Of a stretch of 50,415 nucleotides of DNA, positions 30,071 to 39,333 are shown piece after piece (within the stretch, counting starts at the first letter, position 1; every line of letters starts with the position of its first letter). Origin of the DNA: Bacilli bacterium (GTDB taxonomy: Bacteria > Bacillota_I > Bacilli_A > RF39 > UBA660); contig JAFRIS010000027.1 in NCBI GenBank assembly GCA_017432665.1, forward strand, positions 1 through 50,415, written 5' to 3'. The translations under genes and the position numbers were made by a program. Under the pieces are notes generated by a model. That model was given only the letters and a program-made list of their open reading frames with translations. It was not told the DNA's origin and ran no database searches.

Positions 30071-32459
30071 TTTTAAAGAAATAGAGAAAAAATGGAGAAA
30101 ATATTGGGAAGATAATGAAACATTTAAAGTAGACTTATGGGATTTTTCAAAGCCTAAGTTTTATGCCCTTGATATGTTTCCTTACCCATCTGGAGTAGGA
30201 TTACATGCCGGACATCCTGAAGGATATACTGCGACTGATATTGTATCTAGAATGAAAATAATGCAAGGATATAATGTACTTCATCCAATGGGATTTGATT
30301 CTTTTGGTCTTCCTGCAGAACAGTATGCGATTAATACGGGTAATCATCCAGCTATATTTACAGAGAAAAATATTAATACTTTTAGAGAACAATTAAAGTG
30401 CTTAGGGTTTACTTATGATTGGGATAAAGAAGTATCAACATCTGATCCAAAGTATTATAAATGGACTCAATGGATATTTAAGCAGTTATATGAAGACGGA
30501 TTAGCTAAAGAAGTAGAAATGCCAGTTAACTGGTGTGAAGAATTAGGAACAGTTTTAGCCAATGATGAAGTAATTGATGGTAAAAGTGAACGTGGAGGAT
30601 ATCCTGTTGTTAGAAAGATGATGAAGCAATGGGTTATAGATATACCAAAGTATGCTGAAAGATTAATTGAAGGATTAGATGATATTGATTGGCCAGAGTC
30701 TACTAAGGAAATGCAAAAGAATTGGATTGGTAAATCAGTAGGAGCTCTTGTAGATTTTAAGATAAAAGGAAAGAGAAAAAAGTTCACTGTCTTTACTACT
30801 AGATGTGATACATTATTTGGGGCTACATACTGCGTATTATCACCAGAACACCCATTAGTAGATGAAATAACTACTTCTGATAGGAAGAAATATGTAGATG
30901 CTTATAAGAAAGAAGCTGCATCAAAGAGTGATTTAGAGAGAACAGAACTTAATAAAGATAAGACAGGAGTGTTTACTGGAGCTTATGCTATTAATCCAGT
31001 TAATAATAAAGAAATACCTATTTGGATATCTGATTATGTATTAATAGGTTATGGTACAGGAGCTATTATGGCAGTACCTGCTCATGATGAAAGAGACTAT
31101 GAATTTGCTAAGAAGTTTGATTTAGAAATAATTCCAGTTCTAGAAGGTGGGGATATTTCTAAAGAAGCTTTTGTTGAAGATGGCCTACATATCAATTCAG
31201 AGTTCTTAGATGGACTAAATAAAGAAGATGCTATAAACAAGATGTTAGAGTTCTTAGAGAAGAATAAATGTGGAGAAAAACATGTTAATTATCGACTAAG
31301 AGATTGGATATTTGCTCGTCAAAGATATTGGGGAGAACCAATTCCAATAGTTCATTATGAAGATGGAACTAGCGAAGCATTAAATGATGAAGAACTTCCT
31401 TTAGTTCTTCCGGAATTAGAAGATTATTCTCCATCAAAAGATGGATCTAGTCCACTTAATAAAGCAACAGATTGGGTAAATATTGAATATAACGGAAAGA
31501 AGGCTAAGAGAGAGACTTCTACAATGCCTGGTTCTGCTGGATCATCTTGGTATTTCTTAAGATATATTGATCCACATAATGATAAGGAATTTGCTAATAA
31601 AGAATTATTAGAACACTGGTTACCAGTAGATTTATATGTAGGTGGACCAGAACATACAGTAGGACACTTATTATATGCTAGAATGTGGAACAACTACTTG
31701 TATGATAAAGGTTTAGTTCCAGTTAAAGAACCATTCCAAAAACTAGTACATCAAGGTATGATATTAGGTTCTAATGGTATTAAAATGGGTAAAAGATATC
31801 CAGAATATTCAGTTAATCCTATGGATATAGTAGATAAGTATGGAGCTGATACTTTAAGGCTTTATGAAATGTTTATGGGTCCATTAGAGGCAGATAAACC
31901 ATGGAGTGACACTACTGTAGAAGCTAGTAAAAAATTCTTAGATAGAGTATGGAGAGTGCTTGTTGAAGATGGTAGAGTAGTAGAAGATAATGATAAGGCA
32001 TTAGAGAAGATTTATCACCAAACAGTAAAAAAGGTTACTTATGATTATGAAACACTAAACTTCAATACCGCAATATCACAAATGATGATTTTCATAAATG
32101 CAGTAATAAAAGAAGGAAAACTTCCTAGAGAATATGCTGAAGGATTTACTAAATTACTTAACCCAATTGCTCCATTTATAACTGAAGAGATATGGGAAAA
32201 ATTAGGGCATAATAAGACTATTGCTCATGAAGAATGGCCAACTTATGATGATGATAAACTAGTTGATGTTATTAAAGAAATAGCTGTTCAAGTAAATGGT
32301 AAAGTACGTGGAACTATTCAAATATCAGTAGAAGATGATGAACAATCTATTAAAGAAATGGCTATGGAATGTGAAAATGTAAAAAAACATATCGATGGAA
32401 AAGAGATTGTTAAAGTAATAGTTATTAAAGGAAAAATAGTAAATATTGTTGTTAAATAA
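30063..32459 (+). CDS. leuS: Leucine--tRNA ligase
   Basis: [37 protein letters not shown]; Leu T-box upstream. Confidence 0.97.
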   Translation: MDNFKEIEKKWRKYWEDNETFKVDLWDFSKPKFYALDMFPYPSGVGLHAGHPEGYTATDIVSRMKIMQGYNVLHPMGFDSFGLPAEQYAINTGNHPAIFTEKNINTFREQLKCLGFTYDWDKEVSTSDPKYYKWTQWIFKQLYEDGLAKEVEMPVNWCEELGTVLANDEVIDGKSERGGYPVVRKMMKQWVIDIPKYAERLIEGLDDIDWPESTKEMQKNWIGKSVGALVDFKIKGKRKKFTVFTTRCDTLFGATYCVLSPEHPLVDEITTSDRKKYVDAYKKEAASKSDLERTELNKDKTGVFTGAYAINPVNNKEIPIWISDYVLIGYGTGAIMAVPAHDERDYEFAKKFDLEIIPVLEGGDISKEAFVEDGLHINSEFLDGLNKEDAINKMLEFLEKNKCGEKHVNYRLRDWIFARQRYWGEPIPIVHYEDGTSEALNDEELPLVLPELEDYSPSKDGSSPLNKATDWVNIEYNGKKAKRETSTMPGSAGSSWYFLRYIDPHNDKEFANKELLEHWLPVDLYVGGPEHTVGHLLYARMWNNYLYDKGLVPVKEPFQKLVHQGMILGSNGIKMGKRYPEYSVNPMDIVDKYGADTLRLYEMFMGPLEADKPWSDTTVEASKKFLDRVWRVLVEDGRVVEDNDKALEKIYHQTVKKVTYDYETLNFNTAISQMMIFINAVIKEGKLPREYAEGFTKLLNPIAPFITEEIWEKLGHNKTIAHEEWPTYDDDKLVDVIKEIAVQVNGKVRGTIQISVEDDEQSIKEMAMECENVKKHIDGKEIVKVIVIKGKIVNIVVK

Positions 32460-32481
32460 AGCAAGCTTCAGCTTGCTTTTT

Positions 32482-32510
32482 TTGACAAAAAACCAGAAAT
32501 ATGCTATAAT
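32482..32510 (+). promoter_or_regulatory. Consensus sigma-A promoter of the Fic gene
   Basis: TTGACA-17 nt-TATAAT with extended TG, overlapping the leuS terminator T-run. Confidence 0.75.
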
Positions 32511-32537
32511 ATGGCCAATTTTAAAGGGGGAAACAGG

Positions 32538-33488
32538 ATGAGTGATGAAAGGGCACAAAAAAAAGAACTTGTACAATATGTATTAAGTACAGCAGGATTA
32601 GATATACCATTTATAATTCAAGAATCTTTCTTAGGATATAAATATCGTAAGAGATCAAAAAAACTTTATGAAACTGATGCTTTAGTACCAACAAAATTAA
32701 TTAAAATGTATTATAGTTTAAATCCGGGAGAAGTTGAATTTGATAACTTAAGAAAAAGTTTTATAAGTAGATATGTTAAAAATGAAAGTAAACTTGAAGG
32801 TGTAAATAGTGAAAATATTCATGGACGAGAAGAAATTGCTGGTCTTGTTGATATGTATGAATATTTACATTCTACTGAAATGGAAGAAGATTTTTGTATT
32901 TATTCATTAAATGAATTACATAGAAAGTTATTCTGTCACACTGAATTTCCAGAATGTGCAGGAAGTTATCGTACTCATGATGTTTATCTACCAGGAACTG
33001 GTATTGGTTTAACTGAGTGGTCTATGATACCTGTCGAATTATATAGAATTAGTCCTAGAGTTGATATATTACACGAAAAATCTAAGTTAGTTAAGGAATA
33101 TGGTGATGTTGATGACTTGTTAGCCTTCTTAGATGAATGTGTAGAATTAAATTGTGATTTAATAAAGATCCATCCATTTGGTGATGGTAATGGTAGAACT
33201 ATACGAGCTTTTACAAATAAAATGCTTGAAGATGCAGGCCTTCCTTCTATCTATATTAAAGCTAACGAAAGAGCAGAATATCAAGCTGCAATGAGTTTAG
33301 CTTTAGGAGAAGGGGATTACTCATTTATTAAGGGCTTTTATAGATATAAAGTATGTGATTCAATTATTGAATTAGATATTAATGAAAGATTAAAGAATAA
33401 GCCAAAGGAATTATCAAGTGAAACAATACAAAAACAAAAGAAATATGAGTATTACTTTAATATGGCAAAAGAAAGAGAGAGTCGTTAA
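32538..33488 (+). CDS. Fic family protein
   Basis: HPFGDGNGRTIR catalytic motif; ESKLEG segment; ATG after aaggggg. Confidence 0.92.
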   Translation: MSDERAQKKELVQYVLSTAGLDIPFIIQESFLGYKYRKRSKKLYETDALVPTKLIKMYYSLNPGEVEFDNLRKSFISRYVKNESKLEGVNSENIHGREEIAGLVDMYEYLHSTEMEEDFCIYSLNELHRKLFCHTEFPECAGSYRTHDVYLPGTGIGLTEWSMIPVELYRISPRVDILHEKSKLVKEYGDVDDLLAFLDECVELNCDLIKIHPFGDGNGRTIRAFTNKMLEDAGLPSIYIKANERAEYQAAMSLALGEGDYSFIKGFYRYKVCDSIIELDINERLKNKPKELSSETIQKQKKYEYYFNMAKERESR

Positions 33489-33582
33489 TCTCTCCTTTTT
33501 ATTGTTAGCTATTTACATTGTAGTAGTAAAAAGGAAGAAATTTCCTTTTTTTTGTGGTATTATATAGATAATGGAGGAGTAT

Positions 33583-35235
33583 ATGAAAAAGGATCTTACA
33601 ATGAAAAAGAGTACTTTTGTAAAAGGTGCTTTTATAACAACATTAGGAATTATTATTTCTAAGATATTAGGTATTATTTATGTAATTCCTTTTCATGCCA
33701 TAATAGGAGAAACAGGTGGGGCTCTATATGGTTATGCATATACAATTTATTTGGTATTTATGTCTTTATCAACTGCAGGTATTCCTTTAGCTATCAGTAG
33801 AATAGTCTCAGAATATCAGACATTGGGATACTATAGAGCCAAGAAAAGAGTTTTTGTTTTAGGTAAACGAATAGCTTTATTATTAGGAATTATATGTTTT
33901 TTAATTATTATGGTATTTGCTCCAATGCTCGCTAAAGCAGTATTAGGTAATGTTACTGGTGGTAATTCTATTGAAGATGTTACATTTGTTATTAGAGTAA
34001 TAGGAACAGCTATCTTAATAGTACCAGTACTAAGTATTTATCGAGGTTATTTTGAAGGACATAGATTTATGAGTGCCCCTTCTATATCTCAAGTATTAGA
34101 ACAAATTGTAAGGGTTTTAATAATCATATTTGGTAGTTTAATGGCTTTAAAAGTATTTAGGTTTGATTTAACTACAGCAGTAGGAATAGCTTTATTTGGT
34201 GCTACAGTAGGTGCTTTAGTAGCATACCTATACTTGGTATATAAGAAATTAAGAAATAAGAGAAAGTTTAATGAGCGAATTAGACAAGTAAATGAACCAA
34301 TTATAACTGATAAAGTAATTATTAGTAAAATAATTTATTATGCCATTCCTTTTATTATGATAGATCTATTTAAAACAGCTTATAATTATGTAGATATGGT
34401 TACAGTAGTAAAAGGTTTAGTTAATACAGTTAATTTTAGCGCAGTAGATGCTGAAACTATTTATTCAATGCTATCTACTTGGGCCAATAAATTTAATATG
34501 ATTGTTCTAGCTATTTCAACAGGTGTAGTAGTAAGCTTAATACCTAATATTACTGAAAGTGTAGTTAAAAAGCAAGAAAAAGAAGTTAACGCGAAAACTA
34601 ATCAAGCGTTAAGCATTCTAGTATTCTTAACTATACCTATGACTTTAGGAATCAGTTTCCTAGCTAAACCAATTTGGACTTTATTCTATGGAAATAGTAC
34701 CTATGGTCCTAGTGTTTTAAGTTACTACATTTTTCTAGGTTTTATTATTGGACTATTTACTTGTGTAATTACCATTCTTCAAGTATTGAAAGATTATAAA
34801 GCTGTATTTATTAGTTTAATAATTGGAGTAATTATCAAAGTATTATTAAATCATAATCTATTAATAGCTTTTAATAATATGAAATTACCTCCATATTATG
34901 GCTTTATTACTGCCAGTATTCTAGGTTATTTTATATCATTTATTATTTGTATTACTGCCTTACATAATAAATATCAAATAAGGTTTGAGTACTTAGTAAG
35001 AAATCTAATAGATATTATTTGTGGCTCATTAGTTATGATCGTAGTATTAAGTTTAATTAAACTAATTATTCCAATTTATTCTATGACTAGACTAACTAAT
35101 TTAATAATAGTTATAGCGTATGCACTTATAGGTGCAATTGTTTATTTCGTTTATGCATATTTTACGGGGCTAACTAAAAAAATATTTGGTAAAGATATAG
35201 TTTTAGTGTTAAAAAGAGTGTTAACTAAGAAGTAA
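33583..35235 (+). CDS. MOP-family flippase (YtgP/MurJ-like)
   Basis: About 14 TM; KILGIIYVIPF, STAGIPLAIS, RGYFEG, SQVLEQIVR. Confidence 0.85.
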   Translation: MKKDLTMKKSTFVKGAFITTLGIIISKILGIIYVIPFHAIIGETGGALYGYAYTIYLVFMSLSTAGIPLAISRIVSEYQTLGYYRAKKRVFVLGKRIALLLGIICFLIIMVFAPMLAKAVLGNVTGGNSIEDVTFVIRVIGTAILIVPVLSIYRGYFEGHRFMSAPSISQVLEQIVRVLIIIFGSLMALKVFRFDLTTAVGIALFGATVGALVAYLYLVYKKLRNKRKFNERIRQVNEPIITDKVIISKIIYYAIPFIMIDLFKTAYNYVDMVTVVKGLVNTVNFSAVDAETIYSMLSTWANKFNMIVLAISTGVVVSLIPNITESVVKKQEKEVNAKTNQALSILVFLTIPMTLGISFLAKPIWTLFYGNSTYGPSVLSYYIFLGFIIGLFTCVITILQVLKDYKAVFISLIIGVIIKVLLNHNLLIAFNNMKLPPYYGFITASILGYFISFIICITALHNKYQIRFEYLVRNLIDIICGSLVMIVVLSLIKLIIPIYSMTRLTNLIIVIAYALIGAIVYFVYAYFTGLTKKIFGKDIVLVLKRVLTKK

Positions 35236-35302
35236 AAAAGCTTTTATTATTTAAAAATAAGTCAATAAATGTTATGATTAATATGATAAAGTAGGTGATT
35301 GT

Positions 35303-36262
35303 ATGGTAAGTGCTACAAGTGTAACAACACAAAAAACTGATTTAGAAACCCAAGTTAAAAATTATAGAAACCATACTAATGGTGTTGATGGTATTTGGGA
35401 AGGTGAATCGCATGATAAATTTATAGGCGAAGCAGAAAGCTTTGCTTCTGAATGTGCAAAGATATCTACTGGAATGGAGGCTTTTGCTAAGGCATGTACA
35501 GCTTATCAAAACTATATTAATGCTAAAAAAGTAAAAGAAGAAAGAGAACAAAGATATAATCATGCTGTTTCTACTAACAGTGACCCAGAAGTAATACAAA
35601 AATATGCAGATGATGTAGATACATATAAAAAAGAAATGGAAAAGTATAAAAAGGAAATAGAATCTTATTTAGCAACTGCATCTTCTACTACAATAGAAGG
35701 AGGAAGTGCTAGTGTTAATGGCTTCTCAAAAACTTGGACAGCTTACTCAAGTGGTGTAGCTAATCAATTGGGTGGAGGCAGTGGTACTCTTCCAAATGCC
35801 CGTTTAGGAGAGAATGGTAGACCTGATCCTAGTAAAAATATTTTCTTCCAAAATGAAGCCAATGGAGGAATTAATGGTTTCCCTCTTAATGGTGGAGGAC
35901 CAGGAAAAGGTGGAAATTGTACTTACTACGCTTATAGTAGATTTAGTGAATTAATAGGTCAAGAAGCAAAAGGTTTAGCATCAGGTGATGCTTGTTCATG
36001 GTATTCTAATACTAAAGGATTTAAAAAAGGACAAGAACCAAGGCTTGGAGCAATTGCTGTATGGCAATACGGTAATAGTAGTAGTAATGGCCATGTCGCA
36101 GTTGTTGAAAAAATTGAAAAAAATGGTGATATTGTCGTATCAGAAGGTGGCTGGAGCAGTCAAAAATGGTATGGTAATAATACATATAAAAGAGCAAATA
36201 ATTATGCGACAGGATATAGTAATGGACACTTGTTAGGTTTTATTTATCCAGAAAAAGCATGA
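35303..36262 (+). CDS. WXG100-like N-terminus fused to a CHAP amidase/peptidase
   Basis: Helical N-terminus with WEG; GNCTYYA...GAIAVW...GHVAVVE...SE CHAP motifs; no signal peptide. Confidence 0.85.
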   Translation: MVSATSVTTQKTDLETQVKNYRNHTNGVDGIWEGESHDKFIGEAESFASECAKISTGMEAFAKACTAYQNYINAKKVKEEREQRYNHAVSTNSDPEVIQKYADDVDTYKKEMEKYKKEIESYLATASSTTIEGGSASVNGFSKTWTAYSSGVANQLGGGSGTLPNARLGENGRPDPSKNIFFQNEANGGINGFPLNGGGPGKGGNCTYYAYSRFSELIGQEAKGLASGDACSWYSNTKGFKKGQEPRLGAIAVWQYGNSSSNGHVAVVEKIEKNGDIVVSEGGWSSQKWYGNNTYKRANNYATGYSNGHLLGFIYPEKA

Positions 36263-36278
36263 ATAAGTTGGTGATAAA

Positions 36279-37109
36279 ATGGCTCAAGAAGAAATAAAGA
36301 CTGGTGACTATGCCAACTTTGATGCTGCACAAGAGAAGGTAGGGACACTTAATAAGAAACTTGAGAATCATCAAAAGAGTATTTCTGATAGTAAAACAAA
36401 ATTAAGTGATGCAAACATTTTCGCTGGACCCATTTGTGATTCTTGTATTGATGAAGTAACAAAGTTAGGGCAAGGTATGACTAGTATAATAAGTACTTTT
36501 ACTAGTATAAAAGATTATATAGCTACAGCACGAGCTAATTATGAAAAAGGTGATAAGGATGCTATTGCCTATTTGGATATTAAAGGAGATGGCATAGTAA
36601 CTCCTAGTGCTACTAATGGAAATCAGAGTCTAGTTAATTCTCTTACCGGTGAACTTGGAAAAAGAAGTGGCGATTATGGTGACTCCTCTGTTAAATTCCA
36701 TAATGGAGAATGGTGTGCAGATTTTGTTAGCTATATGCTTAAAAAAAATGGTTACAATTATCGTTGGGCTACTTTAGCAGGAGCCAATGATCCAACAACG
36801 ATATTTGGGGTAATGAAAGAACATGGTGATACAGTACATTATGATCAATATTCTGCTATTCAAGGCAAAAAGCCTGATAGTAGTTATGTAGCACAGCCCG
36901 GGGATGTTTTCTTAATGAATATTGGCGATAAAAAAATTTCTTATCATACAGGATTTGTAGTTAAAGATAATGGTGATGGAACTGTTACTACAATCGAAGG
37001 AAATACCTTTAAAGAAGGACAATCATATGATGGCAAAGGTATTGTTGAACAACATGTAAGATCAAAAAAAGATATTTATGGGTATATAAGCCCTACAATG
37101 GATACTTAG
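36279..37109 (+). CDS. WXG100-like N-terminus (FAG, YxxxD) fused to a CHAP-type amidase
   Basis: WCADFVS, PGDVF, HTGFV, TIEGNT; N-terminus paralogous to 38481. Confidence 0.82.
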   Translation: MAQEEIKTGDYANFDAAQEKVGTLNKKLENHQKSISDSKTKLSDANIFAGPICDSCIDEVTKLGQGMTSIISTFTSIKDYIATARANYEKGDKDAIAYLDIKGDGIVTPSATNGNQSLVNSLTGELGKRSGDYGDSSVKFHNGEWCADFVSYMLKKNGYNYRWATLAGANDPTTIFGVMKEHGDTVHYDQYSAIQGKKPDSSYVAQPGDVFLMNIGDKKISYHTGFVVKDNGDGTVTTIEGNTFKEGQSYDGKGIVEQHVRSKKDIYGYISPTMDT

Positions 37110-37123
37110 GAAGGAGATAAAAT

Positions 37124-38179
37124 ATGAGATTTTTATTAGATACAGAGGCAATAAAAAGTCCTACCGATGGATATAAAACTGCCGCTAAAAAGGTTTCATC
37201 TATTGCTGATACTGTTAGTGGCTTTGATACTAGTTGTGAAGATGGCTTTGATTTTGCTGGCGCTAAATCAGTAATTGTAGCAAATCTAACAGCATGTGCT
37301 AATAGAATGAATAATACAGCAGCAATTGTTGATGGAGTAGTAGAAGCACATACTAGTTTGCAAAAGGCATTTACTTATGAAAACTTTATGAATCCTCCTG
37401 AGTCAAAAAAAGACGATGCAAACGTTCAATACTATAGCGGAAGCAATAGTGGCGGTGGCGGTGGAGGATATAATTCATACAGTTCAGGAAGTGGTTATTA
37501 TAGTGGTATATCACCGTTCGTAGGCTCTATTATAGCCGAGCAGACTACTCAACAAGATGAAGGAACTGGTACTGCTCAAGCAACACCAGAAGGAACTCAA
37601 GTAAGTTCTGAAAAATCACAATTTAAGGCAGTATCATATGCTAAGTATGACACTAAAAAATTAAGTAAAGAATCTAAAGAAGTTTTAGATGGAAAAACTG
37701 TTACTGAAAATGGATATTTAAAAATAGATAATAGATATGTCGTTGCTTGTGACCCATCTATTGCTAAAGTAGGTAGTATATTTAGATTTACTGGATCAGA
37801 TGGAAAAACAGTAGAATGTGTTGTAGGAATTAATACAGTAAAACCAGAATATAAAGATAAATTTTTCTTAATAGTTGGAGATAAAAGCTTTAAACCAGTT
37901 GATTTTGCTGGAACAATTACAGCAAAAGATACTAAAGTGGAATCATTAGGTAATGTTCTAACAACTCCACCAGCACCAACTAGTGGTATAGCTACAGGAG
38001 TTACTGAAAATCCTAATAAAGTTCCAGATAACACTACCGTAAACAATGAAAACAGCAATATAACTGCAGCTACTGAGGGAGAAACTACTGTTACTGATTC
38101 TAAAACTGATTCGACTGAGGATAGTGATAAAGTTCAAGCAATGCTTAATGATGAAAGTATTCCTAAGGAGGAAGTATAA
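37124..38179 (+). CDS. Helical N-terminus (FAG) + Gly/Ser linker + putative 3D-like beta-barrel + disordered tail
   Basis: RYVVACDPSIAKVGS...DGKTVECVVG; operon context. Confidence 0.55.
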   Translation: MRFLLDTEAIKSPTDGYKTAAKKVSSIADTVSGFDTSCEDGFDFAGAKSVIVANLTACANRMNNTAAIVDGVVEAHTSLQKAFTYENFMNPPESKKDDANVQYYSGSNSGGGGGGYNSYSSGSGYYSGISPFVGSIIAEQTTQQDEGTGTAQATPEGTQVSSEKSQFKAVSYAKYDTKKLSKESKEVLDGKTVTENGYLKIDNRYVVACDPSIAKVGSIFRFTGSDGKTVECVVGINTVKPEYKDKFFLIVGDKSFKPVDFAGTITAKDTKVESLGNVLTTPPAPTSGIATGVTENPNKVPDNTTVNNENSNITAATEGETTVTDSKTDSTEDSDKVQAMLNDESIPKEEV

Positions 38180-38469
38180 TGGCTAAATATGTGTGTGATT
38201 ATGAAACAGTTAAAGAAATTGGAAAAGCTGTATGCGATGTAGCTCAATCAGTTGTTAGTGATTTAGATACTTATAGTGGCAATGTTGAAAGTGATTTAAA
38301 TGGTTGGAATAGTGCTGCAAAGAATTCTTTTGTAGTTACAAATGCCGCTCAAGTCGCAACTGGAAAAACTGCTGCTGAATATGCTACTAGTGTGGGTAAT
38401 TATATTCAAACTGCTGCTCAAAAAATTCAAGAGACAGATTCAGAATTAGCAGGACAAATTACTATTTAG
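38179..38469 (+). CDS. Stand-alone WXG100-like protein
   Basis: 96 aa, helix-turn-helix pattern, central GWNSAA, C-terminal IQETD; start overlaps the upstream stop (TAATG). Confidence 0.75.
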   Translation: MAKYVCDYETVKEIGKAVCDVAQSVVSDLDTYSGNVESDLNGWNSAAKNSFVVTNAAQVATGKTAAEYATSVGNYIQTAAQKIQETDSELAGQITI

Positions 38470-38480
38470 GTGGGATAATT

Positions 38481-39302
38481 ATGGCATCAACCGAAATAAA
38501 AACAGGCGATTATGACAATTTTAATAACGCACAAAATACAGTACAAACACTTAATAAGGCTATTGCAGAAAATCAGAAAAAAATTTCAAATAGTAAAACA
38601 AAATTGTCAGATGATAGTATCTTTGCAGGTCCTATTAGTGTTGCTTGCAATGATGAACTTTCTAAATTAGATAGTCAAATAACAGGAATTTCTACTAACT
38701 TTTCTAGTATACAGAGTTATTTGGGTAAAGCAGTTAATAATTATCAAGAAGGAGATAAAGCAGCTATTACTTATTTAAGTATTAAAGATGGTAAAATAGT
38801 TGAAACTAATACACCTCCAGCGGTATTAGGATCTGGTAATGAAATAATAACAGGTTTATCAGGTAATAGTAATCAAGAAAAAGTATATGATTATTTAAAA
38901 AAAGCAGGTTTCAACTCTGCTGTTATCAGTGGAATAATGGCTAATATAAATGCAGAGTCTGGTTTCCAAATATCTGTTGATGGTGATGGAGGATGGTCTC
39001 ATGGTCTTTGTCAATGGTATAGAGGTAGGAATGATAATTTGCACAGTTATTGTAAGAAGAATAATTTAAAAGTTGATTCAGTAGAGGGACAAATGGCCTT
39101 TATGATGCATGAATTAAATACTGGTTATAAAAATTCAGTCCTTGAAAAGTTAAAGAATGTTCCCAATACTAAAGAAGGAGCATATGAAGCAGCTTCTATT
39201 TGGACTAAGTATTATGAAATACCTGCTAATACTAATACACAGGCTCATAATAGAGGAAAAACAGCTCAATCTACTTATTGGGATATATATGGAAATAAAT
39301 AA
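38481..39302 (+). CDS. WXG100-like N-terminus (FAG, YxxxD) fused to a phage-tail lysozyme domain
   Basis: GIMANINAESG, GLCQW...R, QMAFMMHEL, YYEIP motifs. Confidence 0.85.
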   Translation: MASTEIKTGDYDNFNNAQNTVQTLNKAIAENQKKISNSKTKLSDDSIFAGPISVACNDELSKLDSQITGISTNFSSIQSYLGKAVNNYQEGDKAAITYLSIKDGKIVETNTPPAVLGSGNEIITGLSGNSNQEKVYDYLKKAGFNSAVISGIMANINAESGFQISVDGDGGWSHGLCQWYRGRNDNLHSYCKKNNLKVDSVEGQMAFMMHELNTGYKNSVLEKLKNVPNTKEGAYEAASIWTKYYEIPANTNTQAHNRGKTAQSTYWDIYGNK

Positions 39303-39333
39303 AAAATCTACATTATGTAGATTTTTATTTTTT
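39301..39333. terminator. Bidirectional intrinsic terminator
   Basis: aaaaatctaca-tta-tgtagattttt between convergent genes. Confidence 0.8.

Noticed and set aside
32511-32537. Listed ATG start of the Fic gene
   Set aside because: Directly abuts the -10 box, upstream of the likely transcription start; 32538 has an RBS
35303-39302. Prophage lysis or tail module
   Set aside because: No holin, structural, terminase or integrase genes; N-termini look WXG100-like rather than virion-like
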